Shown piece by piece: positions 60,480 to 60,525 of a stretch of 60,525 bases of DNA; position 1 is the stretch's first letter, and each line of letters begins with the position of its first letter. The position numbers were made by a program, and so were the translations under genes. The stretch comes from Patescibacteria group bacterium. Lineage in GTDB: Bacteria > Patescibacteriota > Minisyncoccia > UBA6257 > Colwellbacteraceae. Under the pieces are notes generated by a model. It did not search any database. It was given only the letters and a program-made list of their open reading frames with translations, and had not been told where the DNA came from. The DNA lies in the NCBI GenBank assembly GCA_022705565.1, contig JAKJEF010000002.1, forward strand, positions 1 through 60,525, read 5' to 3'.

Positions 60480-60525
60480 TTCCTCACCTCGGGGTCATTA
60501 ACAGAACTCTATTTCCACAGCTGAC

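Noticed and set aside
1-60525. An alternative genetic code (UGA recoding, as in some candidate phyla).
   Set aside because: Well-recognised genes terminate cleanly at TGA (for example the pilin at 39504 and recO at 47528) at their expected lengths. The long ORFs need no in-frame stop readthrough.

Overview
A 60.5-kb, densely coded chromosomal segment with most genes on the minus strand. It uses the standard genetic code: recognisable genes end in TGA, TAA and TAG. The gene content points to a small-genome monoderm bacterium of the Patescibacteria/CPR type, which is an inference only. That content includes a secretin-less type IV pilus (T4P) locus, comF and dprA, compact aminoacyl-tRNA synthetases, many membrane-anchored modular surface proteins and almost no biosynthesis. 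From left to right the window holds: (1) an AT-rich Type IIG restriction-modification island (XRE-type HTH, 863-aa endonuclease-methyltransferase, coupled 3-TM protein, 44-codon ORF) bracketed by 111/114-nt inverted repeats; (2) rsgA, htpX, lemA, groES-groEL and rmuC; (3) a roughly 12-kb T4P locus (pilM, pilN-like, pilO-like, a 100-aa TM protein, pilB, pilT, pilC, a major pilin, pilD, three prepilin-signal proteins, a PilX-like protein) followed by an anchored 444-aa protein; (4) comF divergent from pilM; (5) an operon of a 692-aa pilin-headed tail-fibre-like protein plus a Cys-rich anchored protein; (6) a NUDIX-CYTH-HhH-GPD operon; (7) a sugar dehydrogenase-cupredoxin module; (8) a small AT-rich islet next to a cluster of four tRNA genes; (9) two paralogous FN3 surface proteins sharing a Cys-rich C-terminal module; (10) leuS, tatD, a pilin-fibrinogen-like fusion, metG, an AI-2E permease, an M16 peptidase, glyQS, an unknown anchored protein, recO-like, a 3D-domain protein, tRNA-Leu next to an unassigned structured region, rplS, an RluA-family synthase, tRNA-Val and tRNA-Ile, a second PilO-like gene, dprA, topA, a pilin-FGE-sulfatase fusion, a GGDEF protein, relA/spoT, parB and parA. 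The candidates for new biology are the repeat-bracketed RM island with its extra membrane protein, the pilin-headed adhesin or enzyme-like fusion proteins, the shared six-Cys C-terminal module, and the structured non-coding region beside tRNA-Leu. All calls come from reading the sequence and ORF translations by eye. No database search was run.
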